From IMG/VR virus record IMGVR_UViG_3300020404_001964, positions 62,001 through 126,000 of that record: DNA of 64,000 nucleotides. The stretch is one strand, 5' to 3'. A program made the translations under genes and the position numbers. Under the pieces are notes generated by a model that searched no databases, was not told the DNA's origin, and saw only the letters and a program-made list of their open reading frames with translations. This document shows, piece after piece, positions 51,101-58,708 of the stretch; position 1 is the stretch's first letter; each line of letters opens with the position of its first letter. Source of the stretch: an uncultured virus (IMG/VR IMGVR_UViG_3300020404_001964) (Duplodnaviria > Heunggongvirae > Uroviricota > Caudoviricetes).

Positions 51101-53808
51101 AAACTTACACAAGACAAACAGGTTTCATACAATTTAATTTACCGCCAGCAAATTTATCTAGTGTTTCTATCAGTTACAAAATAAATGAAGACGTTTTAAA
51201 CACTGCTGATAGGTTTGAATTGTATCAACCAACTGCTGGAATGCCAGGCAAGGAACTTGCTCAGGTAATAGACGGAATAGATTATGGTGGAGTTGAAGTA
51301 CGAAGTATTGGACTTGAAGATACTGTAGGTTGGGGTAATGAACCTTATATGCAGGGTGAATGGGATACCTTTGATGAAACTTATGAAGACCAAGAATTTT
51401 ATTTAGATGGCAGTACTCTTACATTAAATCTTTCTAAACCATTAGAACAAGGTGTTGAATATCATGTGTATCACAAAATGTACCTTGGCAAAGATAATCT
51501 TGGCAAAGATAAATGGGCTAGAATAAAAAGAATGGATGATCCAAACTTTGGCACAGGAAATCCTGTTACAAATACAAATGCTGTGATGGCATCACTACAA
51601 GGTGACGGAAGCACTAACACTGTAGACGTCAGTGCTATAGAAACAGGAGATAAAGACGAAATAATTGTTAGAAAATCTACAAGTGATGGCGCTTACTTGC
51701 CAGATCCAAATGCAGTTGACACACTTGTAAAAGGTGGAGATTTAGCATACTCAACAGCACAAGGTATAAATGCTGAAGACATAAACATAGATGGTGATGG
51801 ATTTGTAACAGAAACATCTGCTAAAGGTCCAGAAGAATTTGTACCAGGACAAGTTTTAGACACATTAGACATTCAAGTGTATGACAGAGGACAAAACACA
51901 GGCAGTAAAATTAATAGTTACAATTATTTAGGTGACGGAGCAACAACACAGTTTAGTTTCGTTGATGCGCCACAAAGCAATACTGCTATATTCTTAAGTG
52001 TTGATAATATTTTATATAATTCAAATCAATACACAGTTGATTACCAGGATAAATTTATCGAAATAACACCAGCGCCTACTACTGGAGCAAAAATTAATTT
52101 TATTACAATGGGAAACAACGGTGAGGCAATACTTGACACTGATACATTTAAAGGTGATGGTAGCACAGTTGAATTTGTAACAAGAGCCAAATTTACACAA
52201 GGCAATATACAAACTTTTGTGCGTGTAGATGGTGAAGAATCCGCATACACTGTGATAGAAACAGATTCATCTTATGCTGTTCCTAATAGAGTAGCAATAA
52301 GATTTAACACTGCTCCAACATCAAACAGTTACATAAACATTGTGGTGTATGCTAGTGCTTCACAATCATTTAGCGAAGTTACACAAGACATATTCACAGG
52401 TGATGGAAGTACAACAACTTATCAAATGAACCAAACTCCGTTCAGTCAAAAACCATTTACTAACAATGTAATTGTAAAAGTTGGTAATGACGTGTTAAGA
52501 AGCGGATTCCATAGAAAATTCACAGTTAGCACATTGAGAGAATATGAATTTAAAAATTGGCAAGTGCTTCCAGGATTAATAAATGCTTCTGATGTAAGAG
52601 CATTCTTAAACAAAACAGAATTAACTTCAGCAGAATACAGATGGAATCCAGGAACTTCAAGTGTTACACTTACGTCAGGTGTAGGAGAGATTGGTGATAT
52701 ATTAGATGTGTACATTGAAAATGGAGAATACAGTGTGAGTGATACAGGATTAATTACTTTTACTTCTGCTCCAGCACAATCAAGCACAATTACTGCTTAC
52801 CAGTTCAGTAAACATGACGTACAAGACATAGATAGAACACAATATGATGTCGTGGCAAAATTAACTGTTACTGTGAACACAGATGATTATTTCCAATACA
52901 ATCAATTGACTAGCGGTGTTGTAAAATTAAACCGTCCGGCAGTTGATGCTCAATATGTTTGGGTATGTTTAAATGGCGAGTGGTTAGCACCTAGCATAGA
53001 CTACACTGTGTCTAACAATCAAATGTTCTTAAAAATAAGCAGAACACTATCGCAGAATGATGAAATAGATGTAATACACTTTACAGCACCTTCATTCATA
53101 GGAAAATTTGCGTACAGACAATTTAAAGATTTGATGAACAGAACACACTTCAAACGTTTAGGTAATGACAGACAATACACTTTAGCAGAAAATTTAAGTT
53201 GGAATGATAAAGAAATTACATTAATTGATGCCACAGGCATCACAGAACCTAGTGTTGCTTCGCAACTTCCAGGTATAGTGTTTATTGATTCTGAAAGAAT
53301 TGAATACTACAAAAAAGATGGCAACAAACTTCAACAGTTGAGACGTGGAACATTTGGTACTGGTATAGCAGAAATACATCATGCCAACACAGATGTTCAC
53401 GATCAGAGTGCGTTCCAAAATGTACCATACAAAGATAATTTCATATCTGAAACGTATACAGGTGCTGATGTGGTAAACAATACATTAAACATTGGCTTTA
53501 CACCTAAAACAGCAAATGAATTTGAATTATTTGTAGGTGGCAAAAGATTGAGAAAAAATAGTATTAGTGTGTATGATCCTGCACTAGGACAAGATAGTCC
53601 TGAAGCAGATAGCACTGTGCCTGCTGAATTCAGTGTTACAGGCACAACTGCGGTGATAACATTTACTAACACACCAGCCGAAAATGCCCAAATTTTGCTG
53701 GTTAGAAAACAAGGTAAAATATGGCAAACAGGAACAGATCCACTGAGTCAGACAGAAAATGACATCGCAAGATTCATACGTCAAAAAGAAGTGGCTGTGC
53801 CGCAATAA
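39136..53808 (+). CDS. Giant 4890-aa baseplate/virion protein (gp7-like position)
   Basis: Uninterrupted ORF coupled to gp6; CBM-like W..Y..G..V.Y units, FG-GAP-like repeats, GG.GY.S.P repeats, F.GDGST repeats. Confidence 0.8.
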   Translation: MAYDNNQKDFSLPSGKDSGKRESSEFLPKYFRTPVNQKFLHSTLDQLISQGTLEKLNAYYGRKITDAYKASDLYVPEVDADRENYKFEPSVVQQDDLGNVNFYSDYIDFVNQVKNFNGDVTNHSVLNAQEYYAWSPRIDWDKFVNYREYFWMPYGASAVTITGQQRNVVSTYTVTKSDQTDNYAYIFTPDGLTANPTLKLYKGQTYKFDINAEGLPFVIRTQRILDASYNVTDGIDVQSVEKGIMTFQVKDSAPEKLYYGSDNDINAWGLIQIYAIEENSSIDVANEIIGKKNYTTADGVELSNGMKINFAGTVTPSQYAEKDYFVEGVGEAIQLIDTQELEVKSAFTDVTPIPFDSQNFDTVGFGTATSYAVDKDYIVINRSSPDRNPWARHNRWIHKSVIEASAKANGQTANIDQATRARRPIIEFEAGIKLYNFGFKAKTNIDLIDTVTTDAMSDVEGSQGFYIDGIALTNGMNVIFSADTDPLVKDKIFEVKFIDFTEGTTTTKQISLVEVTGGSPVEGDTVLTTDGKKNQGKWYWYTGTTWKVGQEKTAVNQTPLFDLFDDNGVSFTDSILYPNSSFLGNKIFTYVEGTGTADTELGFPLTYSNVENIGDIVFDFNLLNENYTYQSQNLSGTLNSETAFLKKYDATGNFKTVNGWTKAPTDSFQKVNRQYVATSSLMNNFAIDVYNQSGDLNDLTANVFVNNVKKIENTDWSFLRIDGIAYINFTKDLNVDDVVVIRTNSATPKNANGHYEFPTNLQSNPLNAKTTKFTVGQVTDHVKSITNELVDIEGVTPGVSNLRDFPNASAYGRKFLQHSGPMPLASFLLDNRQVDLINSISTSQYDYFKFKRTFIKAMDDLGFDGTPSQTVDKILSKINKDNNNNLPYFKTDMMGIGAFKTTTHTILDLDNKFFALSSSFNLTTLSTKAVYVYHNGTQLTHDIDYVFSDGFVQITKTVALDDTIVINEFETTNGTHIPATPTKLGLYPKYAPKKYLDTTAVTPLNVLQGHDGSVMVAFNDFRDDVILEMEKRIFNNIKCTYDEELFEIKSFIPRAYSKNKFTLESINKTLLGDFNEWLTFIGNEDYTANTYWAEDNSLTWNYSNMVSPNDTNILGFWRGVYNHAYDTDRPNITPWEMLGYTIEPSWWSSVYGPAPYTKDNLILWQDLEKGIVREPNKKIVVKENYKRPGLASHIPVDSEGNIRSPFDSAYARGAVLQLTKQKFKFGDHSPIENTWRRSVHYPFALLKSYILHQPCKAIGIGLDTSRVGRNASGQIVYNSATAVRPTDIVWPSSINDETEILTSGLLNYVYETVEDSQTTNYTDYKEQFAGIQTQVGFKIRGFSNKDKFKLLLDSKTPLNSSTLFVPEENYKLIYNVSTPVDILTYSGLIIEKQQTGFAIKGYDKNDPYIRYHMPFEQASDPTVNVGGVSAAFVKWDANKRYDSGSYVKYEDNFYATDETHLSTETFDSSKFIKIVELPTEGGASAILRKSFVTDKVISAPYGTVIDNIQTVVDIILGYESYLKSQGFEFDQFDSQSLLVANWQLSAKEFLFWTTQNWDEGAVISLSPASKKLVVNSKFATTDNVIENSYSYGVLKEDGNTLDRINLRIVRKSNTFELLTKNTINGIYFAKVPLVQKEHVCLLDNTTAFSDLIYDPASGYKQDRIKMLGYLTEWDGSLNIPGFVFDEAKVKSWQPYTDYAMSDVVKHKQFYYTANSKLKGTAEFDSNNWRKLDGKPDSNLLSNFDYQTNQFGDFYDLDTDNFDRQQQKLAQHLIGYQPRQYLSNIINDDVSQYKFYQGFIREKGTANALNKLFDALASADKESLDFFEEWAIRKGQYGAVDTFDEIEYKLDESKVRLNPQPILLTDDQPVATDLVYRIQSGQTYIAPNGYTHKPFPVMYDQNTYIKTAGPVHPIDITLTLADYDDLLTTSSLSTLQENQYVWIGNNQGTWSVLKYTNTDQQITSVIKDGSTITVNTLTTANMQAGEIFVVNANGTDYVLKCSSVNLTSIVCEDKEGFVSIDPATGIIKRFTESRLSSINDINTTINVKGLKDNEKFWIDQSDDGTWKIVNNKFVFKKHNELSTTTESGDSSFGTVIAANKQNTTVLVSQPTDGDGKIYVFNRGFESGTLVLKQIIEAPTTDPLINLDIFGPNSSFGKGVDISPDGKFVLVGAPTADNLQTEYKGVFNPTSNYNVGNIVQYKQQLWRAVNQIEGAVAQDLFSTFDSSAFYKENVGFQTTNLLIGDSIFLNKTTDHLLIRASADQYSATKIGDRLILNYLDFSSEYPLDRSNYSKAPNQPFGGVSSPTIKDNVFSGTDVPIQEKIDEILEISNTLVDPAVGQTVITGTAEGTVAYIRKVASKSLIYLKDVSGVFEASATLFLDLQPVGDYTRVNSEDYNYLGGWWKVAVGANVSTNAGSDISTSVVVRDIKVQNEVRDTNSFFSSLEQPIVPITPQTPLVKAQFGVGSHYETYKINPANNTWEVSGQNILSNKWFVRTGYDIAHDSTLNTSNSSNNISVYFNNVDSSAYDFSDLSISASDTNGLKEVVDVWEGYVDVDSQPDNNANYYFPEAGVHQIYDPSTQAQADVTFVQFIALEKIRIYFNNSNGKQFSLGSDAGVSSTLTRLGGGVNRSLGSIEQTVQSGPADGDILVFNHTQNISVTGNQNFYAVNDIEYWIWDEFENVPGISQSANIPSSQNKDYVQVYNIPVGEGVQSGLTNQGAFLVYKKNTDGIFEYNSAYTVPDTQSGLRLGNRIQIREVADTTVAFIGAEGDGSSNLPGKVYFIKYSATKNWWLGIDEKYMGLFDDQADYIKDELVVYNNQLYKASTNISAGAFQTSLWQLQDTHTDVLGYVPNDSGIELQGDSTLDQSNLIRFAKTFDVDTNGVNLVVTNEYGDDRQNVVVYRNTDGHYTYKQTITPLDDSTPIINFGADISISGDGELIAIGSPLKDLTEIDMGVVNVYKKVNNDSGQYVLNQTLVSPSMETSEQFGSTLSFSGDTLAVTSFKGDQQVDDGSTVFDTRHDVGSVHIFEKFENTLLYAEKFSYDETFTEFGTNLLVNNNHVYIGLPKLQLAGKEKGTVVNFRKSPEQNNWTSLHQSVGGVAQPDLSKVQGIFLYSKSKNKLLTRLDFVDPITGKIPGPAEAEISYKTNYDPAVYNNDSAVGTVDKTNHWDESQVGKLWWNISKAKYYYPYLDNIIFNNSYWNKLFVGASIDVHEWSESSYTPTQYNAISQSEDGSALGITGTVENTTNFVTKRIYDKVAGKFNNRYYYWVKSKTTTPEIENRLLSANAVEKLIKDPRGQGYKYVSVFGENKFAIVNCDSFIEANDTVINFRINNVDSNNNVHKEYALITEGSATSTLPKDIETVWFNSLIGYDAQSNQIPDPNLSDKLKYGTLQNPRQSWFADKQEALKQVIERVNTSLKTNLIVDEVDLSNLIQSDPAPLINSGLFDTTIDTEQELDFVGIGSVKPAFLNITITDGKISNVVVTDAGKGYKSIPTVKIKSLTGEGALIGLTIDTNGSINSAKVLKSGKNYSNNATIEVRPFSVLVNNDSTVDGKWAIYGYVTGDGWQKTKIQSFNVNLYWEYADWYATNYNSYTAIDHVISQSYLINSLEDSIGQIVKIENIGSGGWLLLEKIDDQADVDYTVNYKTIGRQNGTIQFSDKLYVYSGNVGFDSNSFDIQLYDRQPIQETRVVLETIRDKIFVEELAIEYNKLYFSSIQYALSENKLNDFVFKTSFVKAQHNVGQLEQKITFKNDNLSNYEDYVQEIKPYKSKIREYVSSYEKLEPTNSVITDFDYPPRYVNGIITPSKVTINNDQLVGADGITTYPDKNWKDNIGFKITGINIADGGTAYTNPPAVEITGGGGSGAKATAYIKNGVVYRINVTAGGSGYISSPTIILSGSTTGVQAKASAVLGESLTKTSHIGIKFDRNTGDSFITNLNRTETFTGNNSQIKFKLKWPMDVRTNTISILVAGKKQLKSTFTYGNETDNTKTYTRQTGFIQFNLPPANLSSVSISYKINEDVLNTADRFELYQPTAGMPGKELAQVIDGIDYGGVEVRSIGLEDTVGWGNEPYMQGEWDTFDETYEDQEFYLDGSTLTLNLSKPLEQGVEYHVYHKMYLGKDNLGKDKWARIKRMDDPNFGTGNPVTNTNAVMASLQGDGSTNTVDVSAIETGDKDEIIVRKSTSDGAYLPDPNAVDTLVKGGDLAYSTAQGINAEDINIDGDGFVTETSAKGPEEFVPGQVLDTLDIQVYDRGQNTGSKINSYNYLGDGATTQFSFVDAPQSNTAIFLSVDNILYNSNQYTVDYQDKFIEITPAPTTGAKINFITMGNNGEAILDTDTFKGDGSTVEFVTRAKFTQGNIQTFVRVDGEESAYTVIETDSSYAVPNRVAIRFNTAPTSNSYINIVVYASASQSFSEVTQDIFTGDGSTTTYQMNQTPFSQKPFTNNVIVKVGNDVLRSGFHRKFTVSTLREYEFKNWQVLPGLINASDVRAFLNKTELTSAEYRWNPGTSSVTLTSGVGEIGDILDVYIENGEYSVSDTGLITFTSAPAQSSTITAYQFSKHDVQDIDRTQYDVVAKLTVTVNTDDYFQYNQLTSGVVKLNRPAVDAQYVWVCLNGEWLAPSIDYTVSNNQMFLKISRTLSQNDEIDVIHFTAPSFIGKFAYRQFKDLMNRTHFKRLGNDRQYTLAENLSWNDKEITLIDATGITEPSVASQLPGIVFIDSERIEYYKKDGNKLQQLRRGTFGTGIAEIHHANTDVHDQSAFQNVPYKDNFISETYTGADVVNNTLNIGFTPKTANEFELFVGGKRLRKNSISVYDPALGQDSPEADSTVPAEFSVTGTTAVITFTNTPAENAQILLVRKQGKIWQTGTDPLSQTENDIARFIRQKEVAVPQ

Positions 53809-53832
53809 ATACAATGGTAGAACGGAGCAAAA

Positions 53833-54444
53833 ATGAGCAAAATTAAAGAGAATAGTGGTGTATTGATACAAGGACATATTAAAATCCACGATCCAGAATC
53901 AGACAAGGTTTTTGTTGATAAACGCAACGCAATTCATTATGAAAATATGAGTGTTGCTTTAGCAGAAAGTGTTGCCAATCAAGGTCAAGGTTTCATAAAT
54001 TCAATGTCTTTTGGTAATGGTGGAACAAGCGTTGACCCAACAGGAATTATTACATACCTTACTCCAAACAGTACAGGTACAAATGCTACACTTTACAATC
54101 AAACTTACACAAAAATTGTTGATGATAGATCAGTATCAAACCTAGATCCACAAAGAAACAAAATAGAAACAAGACACATTAACGGAACAAACTATACAGA
54201 TGTTGTTGTTACTTGTCTTTTAGATTATGGTGAACCAAATGGACAGGACGCTGTTGATGGCGCAAGTGCATCAGACAGTCTTTATGTATTTGATGAATTA
54301 GGATTAGTGAGTTATGCACCATCAGGCGCAGGCAAACTTTTAACACACGTAATTTTCCATCCTGTACAAAAAAGTTTAAACAGATTAATACAGATTGATT
54401 ACACAGTCAGAGTTCAAAGTTTGACAGGTTTTAACGAAGGGTAA
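53833..54444 (+). CDS. Baseplate structural protein
   Basis: GHIKI.D, NAIHYENMS, FGNGGT, FDELGL, HVIFHPVQKS.NR.I.I.YT; late promoter at 53806. Confidence 0.7.
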   Translation: MSKIKENSGVLIQGHIKIHDPESDKVFVDKRNAIHYENMSVALAESVANQGQGFINSMSFGNGGTSVDPTGIITYLTPNSTGTNATLYNQTYTKIVDDRSVSNLDPQRNKIETRHINGTNYTDVVVTCLLDYGEPNGQDAVDGASASDSLYVFDELGLVSYAPSGAGKLLTHVIFHPVQKSLNRLIQIDYTVRVQSLTGFNEG

Positions 54445-54447
54445 TAA

Positions 54448-56472
54448 ATGGCATACATTATAAGTTTTACGGATGCTGTAAACAAAGGCACTATTACGAT
54501 AGAAGACAACACGGTTAACAACGAAACCAGTGTTAATTTTCCAGGTAAAAATACAACGTCATATGGAACAGTAATATCTGAAAACTTTTTACATTTATTA
54601 GAAAATTTTGCTAACAGTTCAGCACCACTGAGACCGATTGAAGGTCAACTTTGGTTTGATACTTCTGCTGGAGTTAATCAACTAAAAGTTTATGATGGAG
54701 CAAACTGGGTAGCGTCAGGTGGATTGAAAAAAGCAATTAACCAACCAAGTGCGTCTGAAAGTATTTCAGGTGACTTATGGGTAGACACAAATGCTCAACA
54801 ATTATATTTGTTCACAGGTTCAGGTTGGGTACTAATTGGTCCACAATACAGTCAAGGTTTAAAAACTGGAGCAACTCCAGAAACTATTATCGGCACAGAC
54901 GATTTATCATACAGCATTGTAAAATTAGAAGTTGAAGCACAAACAGTTGCCATTATTTCAAAAAATTCATTCACACCTAAAATTACTATTCCAGGATTTT
55001 CAGCATTAAATCCAGGAGTAAATTTAAGTTCAACAAATTTTGGTTCTGATGTAAACAAACTTTATGGAACATCTGAAAAAGCAGAATCATTAGTTGTTGG
55101 TAACACAACAGTTGCCGCAGGAAACTTTTTAAGATCAGACACAACATCATTAACGGATTTTCCAATTAAAGTTAAAACAGATGATGGTATAGAAGTAGGT
55201 GCCGCTGGAACATTTAAAATGTTTGTGGAAAATCAAGCAGGTATAATTCAATTAGGAACACAAGATGAAGAAATAGATTTTAGATTGAACAGTGGTGGTT
55301 CAGTATCAACTGTGATGAGAATAAGTTCACAACAGCAAGTTGGTATTAATAAAACAAATCCAAATGAAGCATTAGACGTAACAGGAAATATTTTATCATC
55401 TGGATCAATCACAAGTAACAGCACAGCACCTTCAACTAATATTGGATCAGGCGCTTTAGTATCCAAAGGTGGATTAGGTGTTGCTCAAGATGTAAATGTT
55501 GGTGGAGCAGGTACGTTTGCTGGCAACATAACAGCACAATCAATTTTGCCAACACAAGATATTACTTTTGACATTGGTTCTAATACAAAAAGATACAACA
55601 CTGTATACGCAAATAATTTAAACGCAGGAACTATTGTAGGAAATGTTACAGGTACTGCTAGTAGTACTGATGAAGCAAACAAATTATCTTCTGCTTCTAC
55701 ATTTAGAATGACCGGTGATGTTACAGCAACTGATGTATCTTTCCAAGGAGACGAAGGAACACCAAGAACATTTAACACAACAATAAGCAATTCGTTTATT
55801 GGCAATCAAACACTTACAACAACAAGTCAAGTGAGTGATGAAATTATTTTAAACAGAACAACAGGCACTACTGGAATATTTAAAACAACAGTTGGCACAA
55901 TTACAGGTGCTATACCAACTCCACCTGTTGCGTCAATAATGGCTTTTGCTGGAGCAACTGCTCCAACAGATTGGTTATTCTGTGATGGTGCTGAAGTCCA
56001 GAGATCAGTGTACAATCAATTGTTTCAAGCAATAGGAACGCAATATGGAACACCAAGCAGTTCTTCAGTATTTAAATTACCAGACTTACGAGGTAGATTT
56101 GCTTTAGGTAAAGATAACATGAGCAATCCAGGTTTAGGACAAGGTTCAGCAGACAGAGTGACTTCTCCAGTAGCAGATGGTTTAGGTTTAGGTGCTGGTG
56201 ACGAGAAGAAAATAATAGCAAAAGAAAATTTACCAGATCACGAACACGATTTAAGAGCAAACAATGGAGATCAATTCTTTGCTTCAAGAAATATAGCAGG
56301 TGCTTCTACAGATCCAGAAGTAACTACAACAAGTGGTCCAGATTTATCTAACAGTGCTGGTGCTCAACAATTACCTAACTCAGGTGGAATTGATGGCACA
56401 ATAGGACAAGCAATGGATGTAATGAATCCATACCTAACATTAAATCACATAATTTATACTGGAGGAGCATAA
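54448..56472 (+). CDS. Short tail fibre with tail-collar domain
   Basis: PVASIMAFAG..AP.DWL.CDG....Y..LF..IG..YG....FKLPDLRGRF collar; HEH motif; MNPYL.L..II. Confidence 0.85.
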   Translation: MAYIISFTDAVNKGTITIEDNTVNNETSVNFPGKNTTSYGTVISENFLHLLENFANSSAPLRPIEGQLWFDTSAGVNQLKVYDGANWVASGGLKKAINQPSASESISGDLWVDTNAQQLYLFTGSGWVLIGPQYSQGLKTGATPETIIGTDDLSYSIVKLEVEAQTVAIISKNSFTPKITIPGFSALNPGVNLSSTNFGSDVNKLYGTSEKAESLVVGNTTVAAGNFLRSDTTSLTDFPIKVKTDDGIEVGAAGTFKMFVENQAGIIQLGTQDEEIDFRLNSGGSVSTVMRISSQQQVGINKTNPNEALDVTGNILSSGSITSNSTAPSTNIGSGALVSKGGLGVAQDVNVGGAGTFAGNITAQSILPTQDITFDIGSNTKRYNTVYANNLNAGTIVGNVTGTASSTDEANKLSSASTFRMTGDVTATDVSFQGDEGTPRTFNTTISNSFIGNQTLTTTSQVSDEIILNRTTGTTGIFKTTVGTITGAIPTPPVASIMAFAGATAPTDWLFCDGAEVQRSVYNQLFQAIGTQYGTPSSSSVFKLPDLRGRFALGKDNMSNPGLGQGSADRVTSPVADGLGLGAGDEKKIIAKENLPDHEHDLRANNGDQFFASRNIAGASTDPEVTTTSGPDLSNSAGAQQLPNSGGIDGTIGQAMDVMNPYLTLNHIIYTGGA

Positions 56473-58679
56473 TGAGTTATAGATTGAATAAAACTGATGG
56501 CAGTTTACTTGTAGATCTAGTTGATGGTCAATTAGACACAACTTCCAGTGACTTAACATTAATAGGCAGAAACTATTCTGGCTTTGGTGAAGTATTAAAT
56601 GAAAACTTCATTCAATTATTAGAAAATTTTGCTAACGCATCTGCTCCTATAAATCCAATTAGAGGACAACTTTGGTTTGACACAGCAGAAAATAGATTAA
56701 AAGTTTACAACGGTTCAGCATTTACTTCATCTGGTGGAACAACAGTTGCTGAAAATCAACCAAACATGGTTGCAGGCGATCTTTGGATTGACAGCACAAA
56801 AAGTCAATTATATTTCTTTGATGGCGTAAGATTACAATTAGTTGGTCCTGAATATTCAACAGCACAAGGCACATCAGGTCACCAAGTAGCAAGTGTATTA
56901 GACACACAAAATATTACACAAACAGTTGTGAAAATGTTTGTAGGTGGAAATCTTGTTGGAGTACACTCAAATGCAACATTTACTCCAGTTTCAACTGCTA
57001 GAATTCAAGAATTAGTTACTACTGCTAATCCAACAGGAAGTTTAGTAAAAGGTTTCAATGCAGTTGGCACAGATTACAAATATGCTGGAACTTCAACTAT
57101 TGCTGAATCTTTAATAGATGGTAATGGTGTTGTGAGAACAGCAGACCAATATCTTGTAGCAGACAGCGATGATTTAACAACAGGTGCATTAACAATACAA
57201 AATAATGCTGGTTTGACGATTGGATTAAATCAAAATACAAAATTACAATTTAGCAATAATGCTTTCCAAATAGCGAATCAATTATCAAATCAAGATGTTG
57301 AAATTACAGTAAGAACACCTGCTGAAGTTTCAGCATTCAAAATTGACACTTCTACATCATCAGTTGGAATTTACAAAGCGATTCCAACAGCAACACTCGA
57401 TGTTGGTGGAAATGTAAACATCGATGGAGATTTAACTGTTGGCGGAACAACTACATCTGTTGATACAGTAAATCTTAGAGTAGAAGATAAAAACATTGAA
57501 CTTAATATTACAGGAGCAGGCGTAACAACAAATGATGCTGGAGCAGATGGTGGTGGTATAACTTTAAAATCTGCTGACGGTGATAAAACATTTGCTTGGT
57601 CAAATGGTACAGATGCTTGGACTAGTTCTGAATATATAGATTTTGCTGTAGGTAGAGGTATAAAAATTAATACAAATACAGTGTTACTTGAAGACACACT
57701 AGGCGGTTCAGTTGTTAATTCATCATTAACATCAGTAGGTACATTGGCAAATTTAGATGTAGATGATGTAAACATAAATGGTTCTACTATTACAAGTCAA
57801 AATGCTCAGTCATTAAAATTAAGTTCAGACACAGCCGCAATTGAAGTTTTAAGTAACAAAAGAATTACAGGAGTTGGCACACCAATCAATGCTTCAGATG
57901 TTGCTACAAAAGAATATGCAGATGGTTCTACAATTATTAGTTTACAATTAGATGTTTCTGGATTTACACAAAACTCTGTAGGAAACAATTATCTGAACGT
58001 GAGAGAAGTTTTAGAAACTCTTTATCCTGTTGCAGGATATGGTAGCGGTTCTGCAGAACCACCATTAGGTGTATTTGCTAACAGTGTGATTCCAGCAAGA
58101 ACTGATGGTGCTTTAGCAAGAGTATTAACAGTTGATTACGGTGCTGGTGGAGGTTTTAATATTCCAACTATTGATTTCTCAGGATTGAAAAACTTTACGC
58201 AAGTGGATCAAACAATTACTATTCAATCAAGAACAATAGCAAGTGTAACATTTGGTGCTCAGGATCCTAATTTAGGTACAACAACAAAAATTACAACAAC
58301 TGCTTCACATTTCTATGAAGGTGCTCAAGCAGTTGTAATATCAGGAACAACTGTGGTAAATGGTGTAACAGCAAATATAGATGGCAACTACACAATACAG
58401 GCGGCAGAATTTCCAGCAGAAACTCCAAACTATGTGAGTTTCACAATTGATTTAGACACATCTGCGGCAGGATGGCAAAGTGCCACGTGTACAGTTGGTA
58501 CAGTACAAAGAACTCCAACTGTGGGTGCGGCGAATAAACAAGTGGTTGAAGATGTATCCAATGCTTCAAATGTAACAGGAACGATAACATTTGCTCCTAC
58601 AAGAAAACTATTACAATTTGGTGTCAACGGCGGTAGTTGGACATTTGATAGAGAAATAACACTAACATTAACTTCGTAG
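56472..58679 (+). CDS. Tail fibre protein (paralogous N-terminus)
   Basis: G.NY.G.GE...ENF..LLENFA....P..PI.GQLWFDT shared with both neighbours. Confidence 0.8.
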   Translation: MSYRLNKTDGSLLVDLVDGQLDTTSSDLTLIGRNYSGFGEVLNENFIQLLENFANASAPINPIRGQLWFDTAENRLKVYNGSAFTSSGGTTVAENQPNMVAGDLWIDSTKSQLYFFDGVRLQLVGPEYSTAQGTSGHQVASVLDTQNITQTVVKMFVGGNLVGVHSNATFTPVSTARIQELVTTANPTGSLVKGFNAVGTDYKYAGTSTIAESLIDGNGVVRTADQYLVADSDDLTTGALTIQNNAGLTIGLNQNTKLQFSNNAFQIANQLSNQDVEITVRTPAEVSAFKIDTSTSSVGIYKAIPTATLDVGGNVNIDGDLTVGGTTTSVDTVNLRVEDKNIELNITGAGVTTNDAGADGGGITLKSADGDKTFAWSNGTDAWTSSEYIDFAVGRGIKINTNTVLLEDTLGGSVVNSSLTSVGTLANLDVDDVNINGSTITSQNAQSLKLSSDTAAIEVLSNKRITGVGTPINASDVATKEYADGSTIISLQLDVSGFTQNSVGNNYLNVREVLETLYPVAGYGSGSAEPPLGVFANSVIPARTDGALARVLTVDYGAGGGFNIPTIDFSGLKNFTQVDQTITIQSRTIASVTFGAQDPNLGTTTKITTTASHFYEGAQAVVISGTTVVNGVTANIDGNYTIQAAEFPAETPNYVSFTIDLDTSAAGWQSATCTVGTVQRTPTVGAANKQVVEDVSNASNVTGTITFAPTRKLLQFGVNGGSWTFDREITLTLTS

Positions 58680-58708
58680 GACGATAAATATAAGAAACAA
58701 AGGGATTT

